A stretch of 64,000 bases of DNA from Clostridiales bacterium (GTDB lineage: Bacteria > Bacillota > Clostridia > Oscillospirales > Oscillospiraceae): the NCBI GenBank assembly GCA_029008095.1, contig JAQXJB010000006.1, forward strand, positions 3,135-67,134, in the 5' to 3' direction. Position 1 is the stretch's first letter. The number at the start of each line of letters is the position of its first letter. The notes under the pieces were generated by a model. The model was given only the letters and a program-made list of their open reading frames with translations, was not told the origin of the DNA and searched no databases. The position numbers were made by a program, and so were the translations under genes. Positions 1-10,859 of the stretch are shown in pieces.

Positions 1-152
1 GTACCCGCGCCGAGGATGCCGGCGTATTCAGACACCAGCGTATTGAGAAAATTCTGGGAAAAGCATAGTAGAGCATTGGCTATGAAAGCGCATATGTAGC
101 CTCTGTTCCACATGGTCGTATACTGTGTTTCCGTAACAAACATCTCCATCAT
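1..152 (-). CDS. 5' end of a CDS running off the left edge (hydrophobic N-terminus, possibly a transporter)
   Basis: Minus-strand ATGATG at 147-152 opens a stop-free frame to position 1 (MMEMFVTETQYTTMWNRGYICAFIANALLCFSQNFLNTLVSEYAGILGAG...). It is too short for the ORF track. The product guess rests only on hydrophobic character. Confidence 0.3.
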   Translation of the reverse strand, partial: MMEMFVTETQYTTMWNRGYICAFIANALLCFSQNFLNTLVSEYAGILGAG

Positions 153-241
153 TCAGTTTTTATAATCATACCATGCACAGCCAAACAAGTCAAGCGGTTA
201 TCCATTTCCACAGGCATTTAAGCTGCAACACCGGATAATGA

Positions 242-270
242 TTGCATTTTACAGTAAAGTAATGTATAAT
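242..270 (+). promoter_or_regulatory. sigmaA-type promoter upstream of asnA
   Basis: TTGCAT (242-247), 17-bp spacer, TATAAT (265-270), about 40 bp upstream of the asnA ATG. Confidence 0.5.
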
Positions 271-310
271 TACCAATCATAAGCAAACATTCCATTTAAG
301 GAGAATCAAT

Positions 311-1324
311 ATGCAGCAAAACATTCTGCCGGCGGGCTATGCTCCCCTGCTTTCCATTTATGAAACACAGAAGGCCATCGGCCTGCTCAAGCGTCTTTTC
401 GAGGATGAGCTTTCCGGCGCTCTGCGTCTGCACCGCGTATCCGCTCCCCTCTTTGTATCCGCCGCTTCCGGCCTGAATGACGACCTCAACGGAGTAGAGC
501 GCCCCGTCGCCTTCGATGTGAACGGCGTTAAGGACACGGCTCAGGTAGTCCACTCCCTTGCAAAATGGAAACGCCTTGCGCTCAAGCGCTATCAATTCAA
601 GGTCGGCGAGGGTCTTTACACCGACATGAACGCTATCCGCCGGGACGAGGAGCTGGACAGCCTCCACTCCGCCTACGTTGACCAGTGGGACTGGGAAAAG
701 GTCATCACCGCCGAGCAGCGCAACATAGCGTATCTGCAGGAGACCGTGCGCTCCATTGTCACCGCGCTGGTGGACACTCAGCGCTTCCTTTGCAGCGTAT
801 TCCCCCAGCTTTCCGTTCTCCCCAGAATTCCCAACGAAGTCACATTTATAAGCAGCCAGGAGCTTGAGGATCTCTATCCCGGCCTTGACAGCAAGGCTCG
901 GGAAAACGCCTTTGTAAAGGATCATCCCGTCACCTTCCTCATGGGGATCGGCGGTAAGCTCCGCTCCGGCAAGCCCCATGACGGACGAGCCCCGGACTAT
1001 GACGACTGGGCACTCAACGGCGACCTCCTTGTATGGGACAGCGTGGGGCAGCGGGCTATGGAGCTATCCTCTATGGGCATCCGCGTAGACCCAGAGAGTC
1101 TCGACCGCCAGCTTACCATCTCCGGCTGCGACGACCGCCGCAGGCTGCCCTTCCACAAAATGCTCCTTAACGGAGAGCTGCCGCTTACTATGGGTGGTGG
1201 TATCGGCCAGTCCCGCGTGTCCATGCTTCTGCTGGGCAAAGCGCATATAGGCGAGGTTCAGTCCTCCCTTTGGGACGAGGAAAACACTGCCGCCTGCGAG
1301 GCAGCGGGCATTATCCTGCTATAA
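311..1324 (+). CDS. asnA: aspartate--ammonia ligase (asparagine synthetase A)
   Basis: 337 aa with full-length AsnA-like sequence (YETQKAIGLLKRLFEDELS..., SSMGIRVD). AAGGAG SD lies upstream of the ATG. Confidence 0.9.
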   Translation: MQQNILPAGYAPLLSIYETQKAIGLLKRLFEDELSGALRLHRVSAPLFVSAASGLNDDLNGVERPVAFDVNGVKDTAQVVHSLAKWKRLALKRYQFKVGEGLYTDMNAIRRDEELDSLHSAYVDQWDWEKVITAEQRNIAYLQETVRSIVTALVDTQRFLCSVFPQLSVLPRIPNEVTFISSQELEDLYPGLDSKARENAFVKDHPVTFLMGIGGKLRSGKPHDGRAPDYDDWALNGDLLVWDSVGQRAMELSSMGIRVDPESLDRQLTISGCDDRRRLPFHKMLLNGELPLTMGGGIGQSRVSMLLLGKAHIGEVQSSLWDEENTAACEAAGIILL

Positions 1325-1358
1325 ACTTCACCGTGCAAACATCCCCCAATATGCGTAT

Positions 1359-1392
1359 CGGACAGTCAGCGTTCAGCCGACTGTCCGTTTTT
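1359..1392 (+). terminator. intrinsic terminator after asnA
   Basis: CGGACAGTC - 11-nt loop - GACTGTCCG followed by TTTTT. Confidence 0.7.
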
Positions 1393-1477
1393 CATTCTCA
1401 GGGTCTGTATTTTGGTGTATAAAACTAAGCTTTTTCTGTGAAATACATGATATTTTGCAGACTTGCCACGCCAACAG

Positions 1478-1506
1478 TTGCCTTTAGGCTGTAACTATGA
1501 TATAGT
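1478..1506 (+). promoter_or_regulatory. possible promoter of prmA operon
   Basis: TTGCCT, 17-bp spacer, TATAGT. Confidence 0.3.
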
Positions 1507-1544
1507 TTTTTAAATTAAGATTTATTCATTCGGAGGTCTGCATT

Positions 1545-2489
1545 ATGGAATGGCTGGAAGTCAGCATAGAGGCTCATAAGGGCACGGACGCCCTTTCCGA
1601 GCTTCTGGAGGGCATGGGCGTTTCCGGACTGGTGATAGAGGACGGAAACGATTTTGAAAGGTTCATGGACGAAAACCGTCAATACTGGGATTACGTGGAC
1701 GAGGAGCTCAGCCGGAAAATGCAGGGCCGAAGTCTGGTAAAGTTCTATCTTTCCGCCGACGAGGAGGGCGAGGCTCAGCTTGCCGGGCTTACCGGCGAGT
1801 TGGAGCCCAGAGGCTACTCCCCCGCCGTCCGCCGCGTCCGCGACGAGGATTGGGAGAACAACAGGAAGCAGTATTACAATCCCATGCAGGTGGGCAATAA
1901 GCTGCTGATAGTCCCCGAATGGGAGGAAGCTCCCGATGCGGAGGGACGCAGCGTACTGCGCCTTAATCCCGGCCTTATCTTCGGCACCGGCTCTCACCCC
2001 ACCACCCGCATGTGCCTTGAGCGCCTTGAGAACTACGCGCCCACGGCTGAGTCCGTGCTCGACCTCGGCTGCGGCAGCGGCATACTTTCCATTGCCGCTC
2101 TCTGCCTCGGAGCGAAGATGGCCGTAGGCTGCGACATTGACGACAAGGCACCCGACACCGCAATGGAAAACGCCGCGCTCAACGGCGTGACCTCCGATAC
2201 CTACACCGTTTACGCCGGCGACATCATAAACGACGCCGCGCTTCGCGTAAAAATCGGCCTGCGCAAATATGACCTGGTTCTGGCGAACATCGTTTCCGAC
2301 GTTATCATCGCGCTTGTGAAGGATGCCGCCAAGTGGGTCAAGCCGGACGGTAAATTCATCTGCTCCGGCATAATCGACGGCCGCGAGGACGAGGTGCGCG
2401 CCGCCGTGGAGTCCGCGGGCTTTGAGATGCTCGACCACGGTCACGTTGAGGACTGGCACTGCTACATGGCGCAGCTTAGAAAGGGGTAA
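1545..2489 (+). CDS. prmA: ribosomal protein L11 methyltransferase
   Basis: 314 aa with PrmA motifs GTGSHPTTRMCLE and DLGCGSGILSIAA. Confidence 0.9.
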   Translation: MEWLEVSIEAHKGTDALSELLEGMGVSGLVIEDGNDFERFMDENRQYWDYVDEELSRKMQGRSLVKFYLSADEEGEAQLAGLTGELEPRGYSPAVRRVRDEDWENNRKQYYNPMQVGNKLLIVPEWEEAPDAEGRSVLRLNPGLIFGTGSHPTTRMCLERLENYAPTAESVLDLGCGSGILSIAALCLGAKMAVGCDIDDKAPDTAMENAALNGVTSDTYTVYAGDIINDAALRVKIGLRKYDLVLANIVSDVIIALVKDAAKWVKPDGKFICSGIIDGREDEVRAAVESAGFEMLDHGHVEDWHCYMAQLRKG

Positions 2490-2493
2490 AACG

Positions 2494-3600
2494 ATGAAGC
2501 TTTGTGTTCCCTGTCTTTTCGGGCTTGAGGGTCTGGCGGCGGACGAGCTGAAGTACATGGGTATGAGCGGCGTTGCCGCCGAGACCGGCCGTGTACTCTT
2601 CGACGGCGAGGCTGCCGACATCGCCAAAGCAAACATCCGTCTGCGCACCGGCGAGCGCGTGCAGATACTCATGGGCGAATTTGACGCCCGTGAATTCAAC
2701 GACTTTTTTGAGGGCGTTTACGCTCTGCCCTGGGAAGATTTTATTCCCAGGGACGGTGAATTTCCCGTAAAGGGTCACTGCCTGAACAGCACTCTTATGT
2801 CCGTCCCCACCTGCCAGGGAATGATAAAAAAGGCTGTGGCCAAGCGGCTGGGCGGAAAATACGGCATCAGCCAGCTTCCCGAGACCGGCAGCCGCTATCA
2901 GATACGCTTCTCCATAATGAACGACCGTGCATCCATTTATCTGGACACCAGCGGCGCAGCCCTGCATAAGCGCGGCTACCGCCCCAACGCCAATCTCGCG
3001 CCCCTTCGCGAAACTCTGGCGGCGGCGATGGTGAAGCTATCCCGCTTTAAGGGACGCGATATTTTCTGCGACCCCTTCTGCGGCAGCGGCACCATAGCCA
3101 TTGAAGCCGCGCTGGCTGCCATAAACCGCGCACCCGGCGTAAACCGCCGCTTTACCGCTGAAAGCTGGAGCTGCTTTGACCGTAGTATATGGAAGGACGC
3201 CCGCGACGAAGCCAGAGCCGCCGAGTTCCGGGGCAATTACCGCATTTTCGCCTCCGATATCGACCCGGCCTGCATAGATATTGCCAGAGAAAACGCCCGC
3301 CGGGCCGGAGTTTCCGAATTTATCCTTTTCTCCTGCGCGGATGCGCTGGCCTTTACTCCGCCCGCAAGCGGCAGGGGCATTATCATGGCAAATCCACCCT
3401 ACGGCGAACGCCTTATGGACGTGAAACAGGCTGAGGAGCTTTACCGCTCTCTTGGCCGCACCTGGCGCAAGCTGGACGACTGGAGCTTTTATATTCTCAC
3501 TTCTGACCTTGATTTTGAAAAATGCTTCGGGAAGAAGGCTGACAAGCGCCGCAAGGTCTATAACGGCATGATACAATGTCAGCTTTACATGTATAAATAA
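2494..3600 (+). CDS. THUMP-domain class I SAM-dependent RNA methyltransferase
   Basis: Start moved to the internal ATG at 2494 (MKLCVPCLFGLEG...), 4 nt after the prmA stop. THUMP-like N-terminus, then DPFCGSGT and the NPPYG catalytic motif. Confidence 0.8.
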   Translation: MKLCVPCLFGLEGLAADELKYMGMSGVAAETGRVLFDGEAADIAKANIRLRTGERVQILMGEFDAREFNDFFEGVYALPWEDFIPRDGEFPVKGHCLNSTLMSVPTCQGMIKKAVAKRLGGKYGISQLPETGSRYQIRFSIMNDRASIYLDTSGAALHKRGYRPNANLAPLRETLAAAMVKLSRFKGRDIFCDPFCGSGTIAIEAALAAINRAPGVNRRFTAESWSCFDRSIWKDARDEARAAEFRGNYRIFASDIDPACIDIARENARRAGVSEFILFSCADALAFTPPASGRGIIMANPPYGERLMDVKQAEELYRSLGRTWRKLDDWSFYILTSDLDFEKCFGKKADKRRKVYNGMIQCQLYMYK

Positions 3601-3620
3601 TAAGAATAGACGGGTAAGAT

Positions 3621-4541
3621 ATGAAACATCTTTTTATCATAAACCCCACAGCCGGGAAGAATAATTATCCTGAGAAACTCAGCAGCAGAATACGTGAGGC
3701 CATGACCGACATCACCGACGAGTTTGAAATATATTTGACTAAAGCCCCTATGGACGCTGCAGAAAAGGTTCGCTCCGAGGCGGCGAGCGGCCATCCCCTA
3801 AGAGTATACGCCTGCGGCGGAGACGGCACCCTCAACGAATGTGCCAACGGCGCGGTCGGCTCACCCAACGTTGCCATCACCCACTATGCCTGCGGCTCAG
3901 GCAATGATTTTCTGCGCATGTTCGGCGAGGACGCCGCGCTTTTCTCTGACTTGAAGGCTCTCATAAACGGTAAGCCTTACCCAATAGACCTTATCAATGT
4001 ATGCGGCCGCAGATCCATAAACATCTGCTCCCTTGGTTTTGACGCCCGGGTGGGTATCGGCGTTCACAAATACACGAAAAACGCTTTCATTTCCGGCACT
4101 CTCGCTTATGTGATCTCCTTGCTGGTACAATTCGTAAAGGGCATAAACCGTCCGCTCAGGATAAAGCTTAATGGACAGGAGCTAAACGGCGAATTTGCCC
4201 TTGTCTGCGCATGCAACGGCCGCTATTACGGCGGCGGCTTCAACCCCGTGCCCGATGCGGAGCCTGACGACGGACTTATGGACGTACTCGTTGTAAAAAA
4301 AGTCAGCCGTCTGAGATTTCTGACGCTGATCGGCAAATACTCCACAGGCCGCTACGCCGAGCTTAGCTCCCATGTCAGTCACTACCGCTGTACCGAAATA
4401 TCCTTTGAGAGTGCAGACGATCTGTCCATAAATGTAGACGGAGAGGCGGTTTTCTCCAGAACTCCCAGCTTCCGTATCGAGCCGGGCGCTGTGAGCTTCA
4501 TATTTCCGGAAAACTCCGCTTTTCTCGCATCCCGGCAGTAA
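3621..4541 (+). CDS. diacylglycerol/lipid kinase family protein (YegS/BmrU-like)
   Basis: 306 aa with the DAGK catalytic-domain motif ACGGDGTLNE. Confidence 0.8.
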   Translation: MKHLFIINPTAGKNNYPEKLSSRIREAMTDITDEFEIYLTKAPMDAAEKVRSEAASGHPLRVYACGGDGTLNECANGAVGSPNVAITHYACGSGNDFLRMFGEDAALFSDLKALINGKPYPIDLINVCGRRSINICSLGFDARVGIGVHKYTKNAFISGTLAYVISLLVQFVKGINRPLRIKLNGQELNGEFALVCACNGRYYGGGFNPVPDAEPDDGLMDVLVVKKVSRLRFLTLIGKYSTGRYAELSSHVSHYRCTEISFESADDLSINVDGEAVFSRTPSFRIEPGAVSFIFPENSAFLASRQ

Positions 4542-4586
4542 GCGGGAATGTTCACAAAAAATTCTTACTTTTTTTCTAAAAGGGTC

Positions 4587-4615
4587 TTGCATATTCCGAT
4601 AACATGGATTATTAT
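4587..4615 (+). promoter_or_regulatory. groESL promoter
   Basis: TTGCAT, 17-bp spacer, TATTAT(AAT), immediately upstream of CIRCE. Confidence 0.55.
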
Positions 4616-4623
4616 AATACTCG

Positions 4624-4650
4624 TTAGCACTCCTCCACTTTGAGTGCTAA
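4624..4650 (+). promoter_or_regulatory. CIRCE operator (HrcA binding site)
   Basis: Perfect consensus TTAGCACTC-N9-GAGTGCTAA, 83 bp upstream of groES. Confidence 0.95.
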
Positions 4651-4732
4651 CGAGTAAATTAGTAAACCACGAAATCCAAACGGGAATTTTACCGGCGCGT
4701 ATTTCGGATTATTATTCAGGAGGTAAAATATT

Positions 4733-5017
4733 ATGAAACTCATTCCTTTAGCTGACAGAGTCATCGTCAAGCAGGTAGAGGCTGAGGAAACCACCAAGGG
4801 CGGCATCATTCTCACCAGCGCCGCTCAGGAGAAGCCCCAGATCTTTGAAGTCATCGCAGTAGGCCCCGGCGGCTTCATCGACGGCAACGAGGTCGAGATG
4901 ACCGTAGAGCCCGGCGACAAGGTTATTACCGGCAAGTACAGCGGTACTCAGGTGAAGATAGACGGCGTTGAGCTCACCATCGTCCGCCAGCAGGACATTC
5001 TCGCTATCGTAGAGTAA
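4733..5017 (+). CDS. groES: co-chaperonin GroES
   Basis: 94 aa, MKLIPLADRVIVKQVEAEETTKGGIIL... Confidence 0.97.
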   Translation: MKLIPLADRVIVKQVEAEETTKGGIILTSAAQEKPQIFEVIAVGPGGFIDGNEVEMTVEPGDKVITGKYSGTQVKIDGVELTIVRQQDILAIVE

Positions 5018-6667
<1,650 letters not shown>

Positions 6668-6726
6668 TTCAAGCCCCGGGCTGTCGCAGCGAGCAAAAAC
6701 AAAAAGCATTGAAATATGTGAAAAGG

Positions 6727-6763
6727 CCTCTTCCCCTGTTCAGTGGGGAAGGGGTCTTTCTGT
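6727..6763 (+). terminator. intrinsic terminator after groEL
   Basis: CCTCTTCCCC - 8-nt loop - GGGGAAGGGG followed by TCTTTCTGT. Confidence 0.6.
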
Positions 6764-7023
6764 AACTTCTTGTTGTGGATATTATACTGCGCTTATGATA
6801 AAATTTATCACGTTCTATACATCGCTTTTTTCGGCGTAATTTAAGCGTATGACATACGTCCTGTAAAGTATATATCAAATTTCAACACATAAATATTGAA
6901 TATAAAGTGAAACCTTTTGCAGATTTTTTCGTCTGTATATATAGAACTGCAATTTTCATAAGACAGATATAAACCTTGCGAAAGCGGGTTTTGGCACGAT
7001 GAATCTAAAAGGAGCATACATAC

Positions 7024-7917
7024 ATGGCACAAGCTTCTACGCAAAGACCTCACGAACACGAAACGGAGAACCGGTCTTCGGAATATTACGTCGTCTCTCG
7101 CCGCAGGAGGCGCAGACGGCGCAGCCGCAGCCATCCCTTCATTTATCTTTTTCTTGCTTTGCTGCTGTTTTTCGGCGGCTTTCTGCTGGGCAGGCACAGT
7201 TCCGCCACGAGCGAAACAGACCCTCCCGAGCCGTCCGCGCCCTCTCTCAGCCTCCCCAGCCCGGATATAGACGAAACAGCTTCTCCCCAGCAGCCTGATG
7301 AAACCGTTCCTCCGGAGCAGTCAAATGAGCCGGTTGCCACCGAAAGGCCGTGGAATCTCGTTTTGGTCAACAAAGACAATTCGCTGGCCGAAGACTTTCA
7401 GGTTCCGGAGCTGACCCAGCTTCAAAACGGCCACGCCATAGACAGCCGCGCTTACCCGGCGCTGCAAAGCATGATGGACGCCGCACGCGCCGAGGGGCTG
7501 CAGCCGGTCATCTGTTCCTCCTTCCGCACCTGGGACAAGCAGGACGAGCTGTTTTACAGAAAGGTTCCGTATTATCTGGATCAGGGCTATTCACAGGAGG
7601 AAGCAGAAGAAAAAGCCGCTTTTTGGGTGGCTCGTCCCGGCACCAGCGAGCATCAGCTTGGGCTCGCTGTGGATATAGTGGACATCAACTATCAACTGCT
7701 GGATGAGAATCAGGAATCCACAGCCGTTCAGCAGTGGCTGATGAATCATTGCATGGAATACGGCTTTATACTTCGGTACCCGACCAGCAAGAGCGAGATT
7801 ACAGGCGTTGGCTACGAGCCCTGGCACTACCGCTATGTGGGAATTGAGGCCGCAAAAGAAATCAGCGAGCAGGGGCTTTGCCTTGAAGAATATCTTCAGG
7901 CTGTTCCGTGCAGTTGA
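7024..7917 (+). CDS. membrane-anchored M15-family D-alanyl-D-alanine carboxypeptidase (VanY-like)
   Basis: 297 aa. N-terminal poly-Arg plus a TM segment. C-terminal VanY motifs SEHQLGLAVD and EPWHYRYVG. Confidence 0.8.
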   Translation: MAQASTQRPHEHETENRSSEYYVVSRRRRRRRRSRSHPFIYLFLALLLFFGGFLLGRHSSATSETDPPEPSAPSLSLPSPDIDETASPQQPDETVPPEQSNEPVATERPWNLVLVNKDNSLAEDFQVPELTQLQNGHAIDSRAYPALQSMMDAARAEGLQPVICSSFRTWDKQDELFYRKVPYYLDQGYSQEEAEEKAAFWVARPGTSEHQLGLAVDIVDINYQLLDENQESTAVQQWLMNHCMEYGFILRYPTSKSEITGVGYEPWHYRYVGIEAAKEISEQGLCLEEYLQAVPCS

Positions 7918-7937
7918 GCAATATTTATTATGAAAAC

Positions 7938-7980
7938 AGTCCCTGCCGTGAAAATCTCACAGCAGGGACTTATCTTTTTT
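7938..7980. terminator. bidirectional terminator between convergent genes
   Basis: AGTCCCTGC - loop - GCAGGGACT, with a T-run on the + side and GTTTTCAT on the - side. Confidence 0.6.
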
Positions 7981-9886
7981 ACAGTCTCATTGCCGTATCA
8001 AAGGCAAGCTGTATGGTTTTCCAGAGAGTGCCGCCCCGGTAGGAGCTGTCTCCGACTATATAGCTTTCGCCAACGCAGCCGGCCAGCTTTTCGGCGGTTT
8101 CCCGGTCGGGACGCACGCCAAGGGAGAGCACCACATTGTCGCAGGGAATGGTACGCTTTCCGTCAGCGCCGGATATGACCGCGCCCTCATCATTCACATC
8201 TTCCAGCTTGACAGAGCATACGAACTTAACGTTCTCCTTAGCCAGAAGCTGCTTGAGGCATATCATGCTGATGGTGATGCCGTCAGTGCCTATCTTCTCC
8301 TCGGGCAGCATATCGATAACGGTGACCTCCCTGCCGCTCCGGGCAAGGGTGAGAGCCATTTCCAGACCGGTGAAGCCCGCGCCCGCTATGACCACACGCT
8401 GTCCCACCTCGGCCTTGCCCAGCTCAACATCGCCCACCCAGACGGTCTTGCCGCTCTTATCCGAGGGCATCGGGATGATGATGGGCTTCGCGCCCACGGC
8501 GACGATGAGCGCGTCGGGAGCCTCCGCCGCGATATTCTCGGGAGTGGCAGCGCAGTTCAGGCGCACTTCAATATTGGGGTCCTCCATAACGCTGCGGATG
8601 GACCAGTCCAGATAATTTCTCATATCCTTTTTGAACTCTGCGGCGCTCGCCATGATAAGCGCGCCGCCCAATCGCTCAGCCTTCTCCATGAGCACGACCC
8701 TATGGCCGCGGGAGGATGCTGTTCTGGCAGCTTCAAGGCCGCCGGGTCCGCCGCCAACCACCAGCAGCTTCTTGGGCTTCAGGCGGGGCGAGCGGTCAAT
8801 ATAGAGAGCCTCGCGTCCAATGAGAGGATTGACCGCGCAGCGTATGGGCAGACGGTTTGAATGGGTGCTGTGGATGCAGCTATTGCAGCGCACGCAGGGA
8901 CGGATGGTATCCGCTCTTCCCCGCCGGGCCTTTTCCACGCAATCGGTATCGGCAAGGATATTGCGCACCATTGCGACCATATCCGTCTGACCGGCGGCAA
9001 CAGCCGCCTCGGCATGCTCAAGGTCGAAGCCGCCTATCACGTTCACGGGGATGTGCAAAGCCTTTTTGAACTCAATGGCAGCATCCAGATTTATGGCGCG
9101 GGGCAGGTACGTTGGCGGGAACATGGGCGGCAGCAATTCATCCACCTCAAGAAGACTTCTGCTGATATGTATGAGATCTATCTTATCCTGAATGAGCTTG
9201 GCAAACTCGATGGTTTCCGGCATCTCCGCACCGCCCGGGAACAGTTCCTCGGCGCTGATACGGTATTCTATCGCCAGCTGATCGCCAACCCGGTCACGGA
9301 TAGCGTCCAGCAGTTCGATCGCAAAGCGGCTGCGGTTGTCAAAGGAGCCGCCGTACTTATCGGTGCGCTTGTTATGCAGGGGCGAAAAGAACATGGAGGG
9401 CACATTGCCGTGGCCGCCGTGTATCATTATCATGTCAAAGCCCGCCTTAACGCAGCGCTCCGCCGCGTCGGCAAAGAGGCGGAATATCTCCTCTATATCT
9501 TCCACGCTTGTTTCATTGACGACCTCATGGGGAGGCGAGAGCATATAGCGGCTATGGACAAGCTCGATGCTTGCCAGCGCATCCTTCAGATGTATCAGAT
9601 CCGTTATCTCGCTCAGATCATGTATAAAGCTATCGTGCCCCGCATTGAGTATACGGCTGCTCCCTCCGGGGCCGAAATAGTCCACGGAGCTGACTCCCAT
9701 AGTGATTATGCCCGCTCCGCTGTTTGCGAGCCCCTTGACATATTCCATGAATTGCACGGAGTTGCGGCTGCCCGGCGCGGTGAGAAAGCATCCGGCAGGC
9801 CCCATCTCGATGCGGTTTTTGCATAGCTTTGTGCCTATTTTAATAGGAGAAAATATCGCGCTGTGGTGGTCAAGCTTAACACTCAT
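7979..9886 (-). CDS. NADH:flavin oxidoreductase, enoate-reductase/2,4-dienoyl-CoA-reductase family (OYE domain + Fe-S + FAD/NAD domain)
   Basis: 635 aa. OYE-like N-terminus (IHGGHGNV), Cys motif CVRCNSC...CAVNP and dinucleotide fold VVGGGPGGLEAA. Confidence 0.85.
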   Translation of the reverse strand: MSVKLDHHSAIFSPIKIGTKLCKNRIEMGPAGCFLTAPGSRNSVQFMEYVKGLANSGAGIITMGVSSVDYFGPGGSSRILNAGHDSFIHDLSEITDLIHLKDALASIELVHSRYMLSPPHEVVNETSVEDIEEIFRLFADAAERCVKAGFDMIMIHGGHGNVPSMFFSPLHNKRTDKYGGSFDNRSRFAIELLDAIRDRVGDQLAIEYRISAEELFPGGAEMPETIEFAKLIQDKIDLIHISRSLLEVDELLPPMFPPTYLPRAINLDAAIEFKKALHIPVNVIGGFDLEHAEAAVAAGQTDMVAMVRNILADTDCVEKARRGRADTIRPCVRCNSCIHSTHSNRLPIRCAVNPLIGREALYIDRSPRLKPKKLLVVGGGPGGLEAARTASSRGHRVVLMEKAERLGGALIMASAAEFKKDMRNYLDWSIRSVMEDPNIEVRLNCAATPENIAAEAPDALIVAVGAKPIIIPMPSDKSGKTVWVGDVELGKAEVGQRVVIAGAGFTGLEMALTLARSGREVTVIDMLPEEKIGTDGITISMICLKQLLAKENVKFVCSVKLEDVNDEGAVISGADGKRTIPCDNVVLSLGVRPDRETAEKLAGCVGESYIVGDSSYRGGTLWKTIQLAFDTAMRL

Positions 9887-9890
9887 TTTA

Positions 9891-10024
9891 ATCCTCCATG
9901 CGGCAGCACCGCAAAATAGTTATTAAAAATCCCCACGCATGGAGGATTTTTGCCATCATCTGCGGTTGCCGCGAAACAGCGAGCAGATGGACTTTTCATG
10001 ATATAGTGTGATTTTTCACACTAT
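9891..10024 (-). repeat. structured intergenic repeat, copy A (5' leader of 7979-9886)
   Basis: Contains ATCCTCCATGCG...CGCATGGAGGAT, CATCTGC...GCAGATG and AGTGTGATTTTTCACACT. GGAGG lies 6 nt from the ATG at 9886. Confidence 0.85.
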
Positions 10025-10050
10025 TCATCCTTCCACTTATCTTCCTTAAG

Positions 10051-10075
10051 GCAGCGGAATACGACTTCCGCTGCT
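10051..10075 (-). terminator. hairpin directly after the 10076-10720 stop (weak terminator candidate)
   Basis: GCAGCGGAA - 6 nt - TTCCGCTGC with a poor U-tract on the minus strand. Confidence 0.3.
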
Positions 10076-10720
10076 TTAGTTTATATGACTCAAAGCCTCA
10101 CGAGCCTTAGCCAGCAGTTCCTCATGCTCCGCCACATATTCCAGATATACATCATCCAGGAACTCCTGCGAATAATCGGCATACTCCGGGGACTCTGCGT
10201 CAAGAGGCTTTACCGGGGAATCATTTGTCGTGCAATAAAGGCCGGGCATGGCGCTGACCGCCACGGCATCCGCAAAATATCCCAGTTCGGAAAAGATATG
10301 ATAATTTTCTTCGTCCAGAATATAGATCATGGTATTCTGGTCATTAAGATGGCTGTAAAGGAGGTTTTCACCATAGCTTTCCATCACGCCTCCGTCGCGG
10401 CTCAGTTCAACGACTTCCACATCCACACGACGGTTTTTACCGGTCTCGGGCAGCAGACTCTCCATCAGCTCCCGTATCTCCTCCGCCCTGGCACTGTCGG
10501 CAGCTCCGTTATGGGCATATACCACAGTCCAATCATAGCTGACAGACGTGACCAAACCTACGGCAGCCATTATCAGCAGCGACAGCAGAAAAACGCCAAT
10601 GATAAAATACCATTTATAGTGAAACCAGAAGGTATTGGTAAGCCAATTCTCTATTTTCTCCATTCTTCCGAGTTCATCATTGGAGTTGTTTACCGGGGAC
10701 ATATCTTTTTCGTTATCCAT
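10076..10720 (-). CDS. hypothetical single-pass membrane protein
   Basis: Start set at the internal ATG (MDNEKDMSP...) 6 nt after the GGAGG of repeat copy B. One TM segment (YFIIGVFLLSLLIMAAVGLV). No family recognised. Confidence 0.6.
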   Translation of the reverse strand: MDNEKDMSPVNNSNDELGRMEKIENWLTNTFWFHYKWYFIIGVFLLSLLIMAAVGLVTSVSYDWTVVYAHNGAADSARAEEIRELMESLLPETGKNRRVDVEVVELSRDGGVMESYGENLLYSHLNDQNTMIYILDEENYHIFSELGYFADAVAVSAMPGLYCTTNDSPVKPLDAESPEYADYSQEFLDDVYLEYVAEHEELLAKAREALSHIN

Positions 10721-10724
10721 ATTA

Positions 10725-10859
10725 ATCCTCCATGCGGCAGCACCGCACAAATAGTCATTATAAATCTTCCTCCGCATGGAGGATTTTCGCCATCATCGCC
10801 GGTTGCCCAACGGGCGAGGCGATGGGCTTTTTATAATATAGTGTGATTTTTCACACTAT
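10725..10859 (-). repeat. structured intergenic repeat, copy B
   Basis: Full unit. GGAGG lies 6 nt from the ATG at 10720. Confidence 0.85.

Noticed and set aside
153-310. T-box or other riboswitch leader upstream of asnA.
   Set aside because: No T-box sequence (AATTAGGGTGGTACCGCG-like), specifier hairpin or terminator/antiterminator pair is visible. The predicted promoter lies only about 40 nt from the ATG.
2422-2493. Upstream extension of the THUMP methyltransferase ORF that overlaps prmA by 68 nt.
   Set aside because: The extension has no conserved sequence. The ATG at 2494 follows the prmA stop by 4 nt, and the protein from that point (MKLCVPCLFGLEG) matches the usual family N-terminus.
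7099-7122. Run of eight consecutive Arg codons in the VanY-like gene.
   Set aside because: It sits immediately before the single TM segment. This fits a positive-inside membrane-anchor signal. No frameshift or slippery-site features were seen.
6841-7298. Small ORFs (118 aa minus strand, 99 aa plus strand) around the VanY-like gene start.
   Set aside because: They overlap the AT-rich promoter region and the real CDS. They have no SD and a low-complexity translation.
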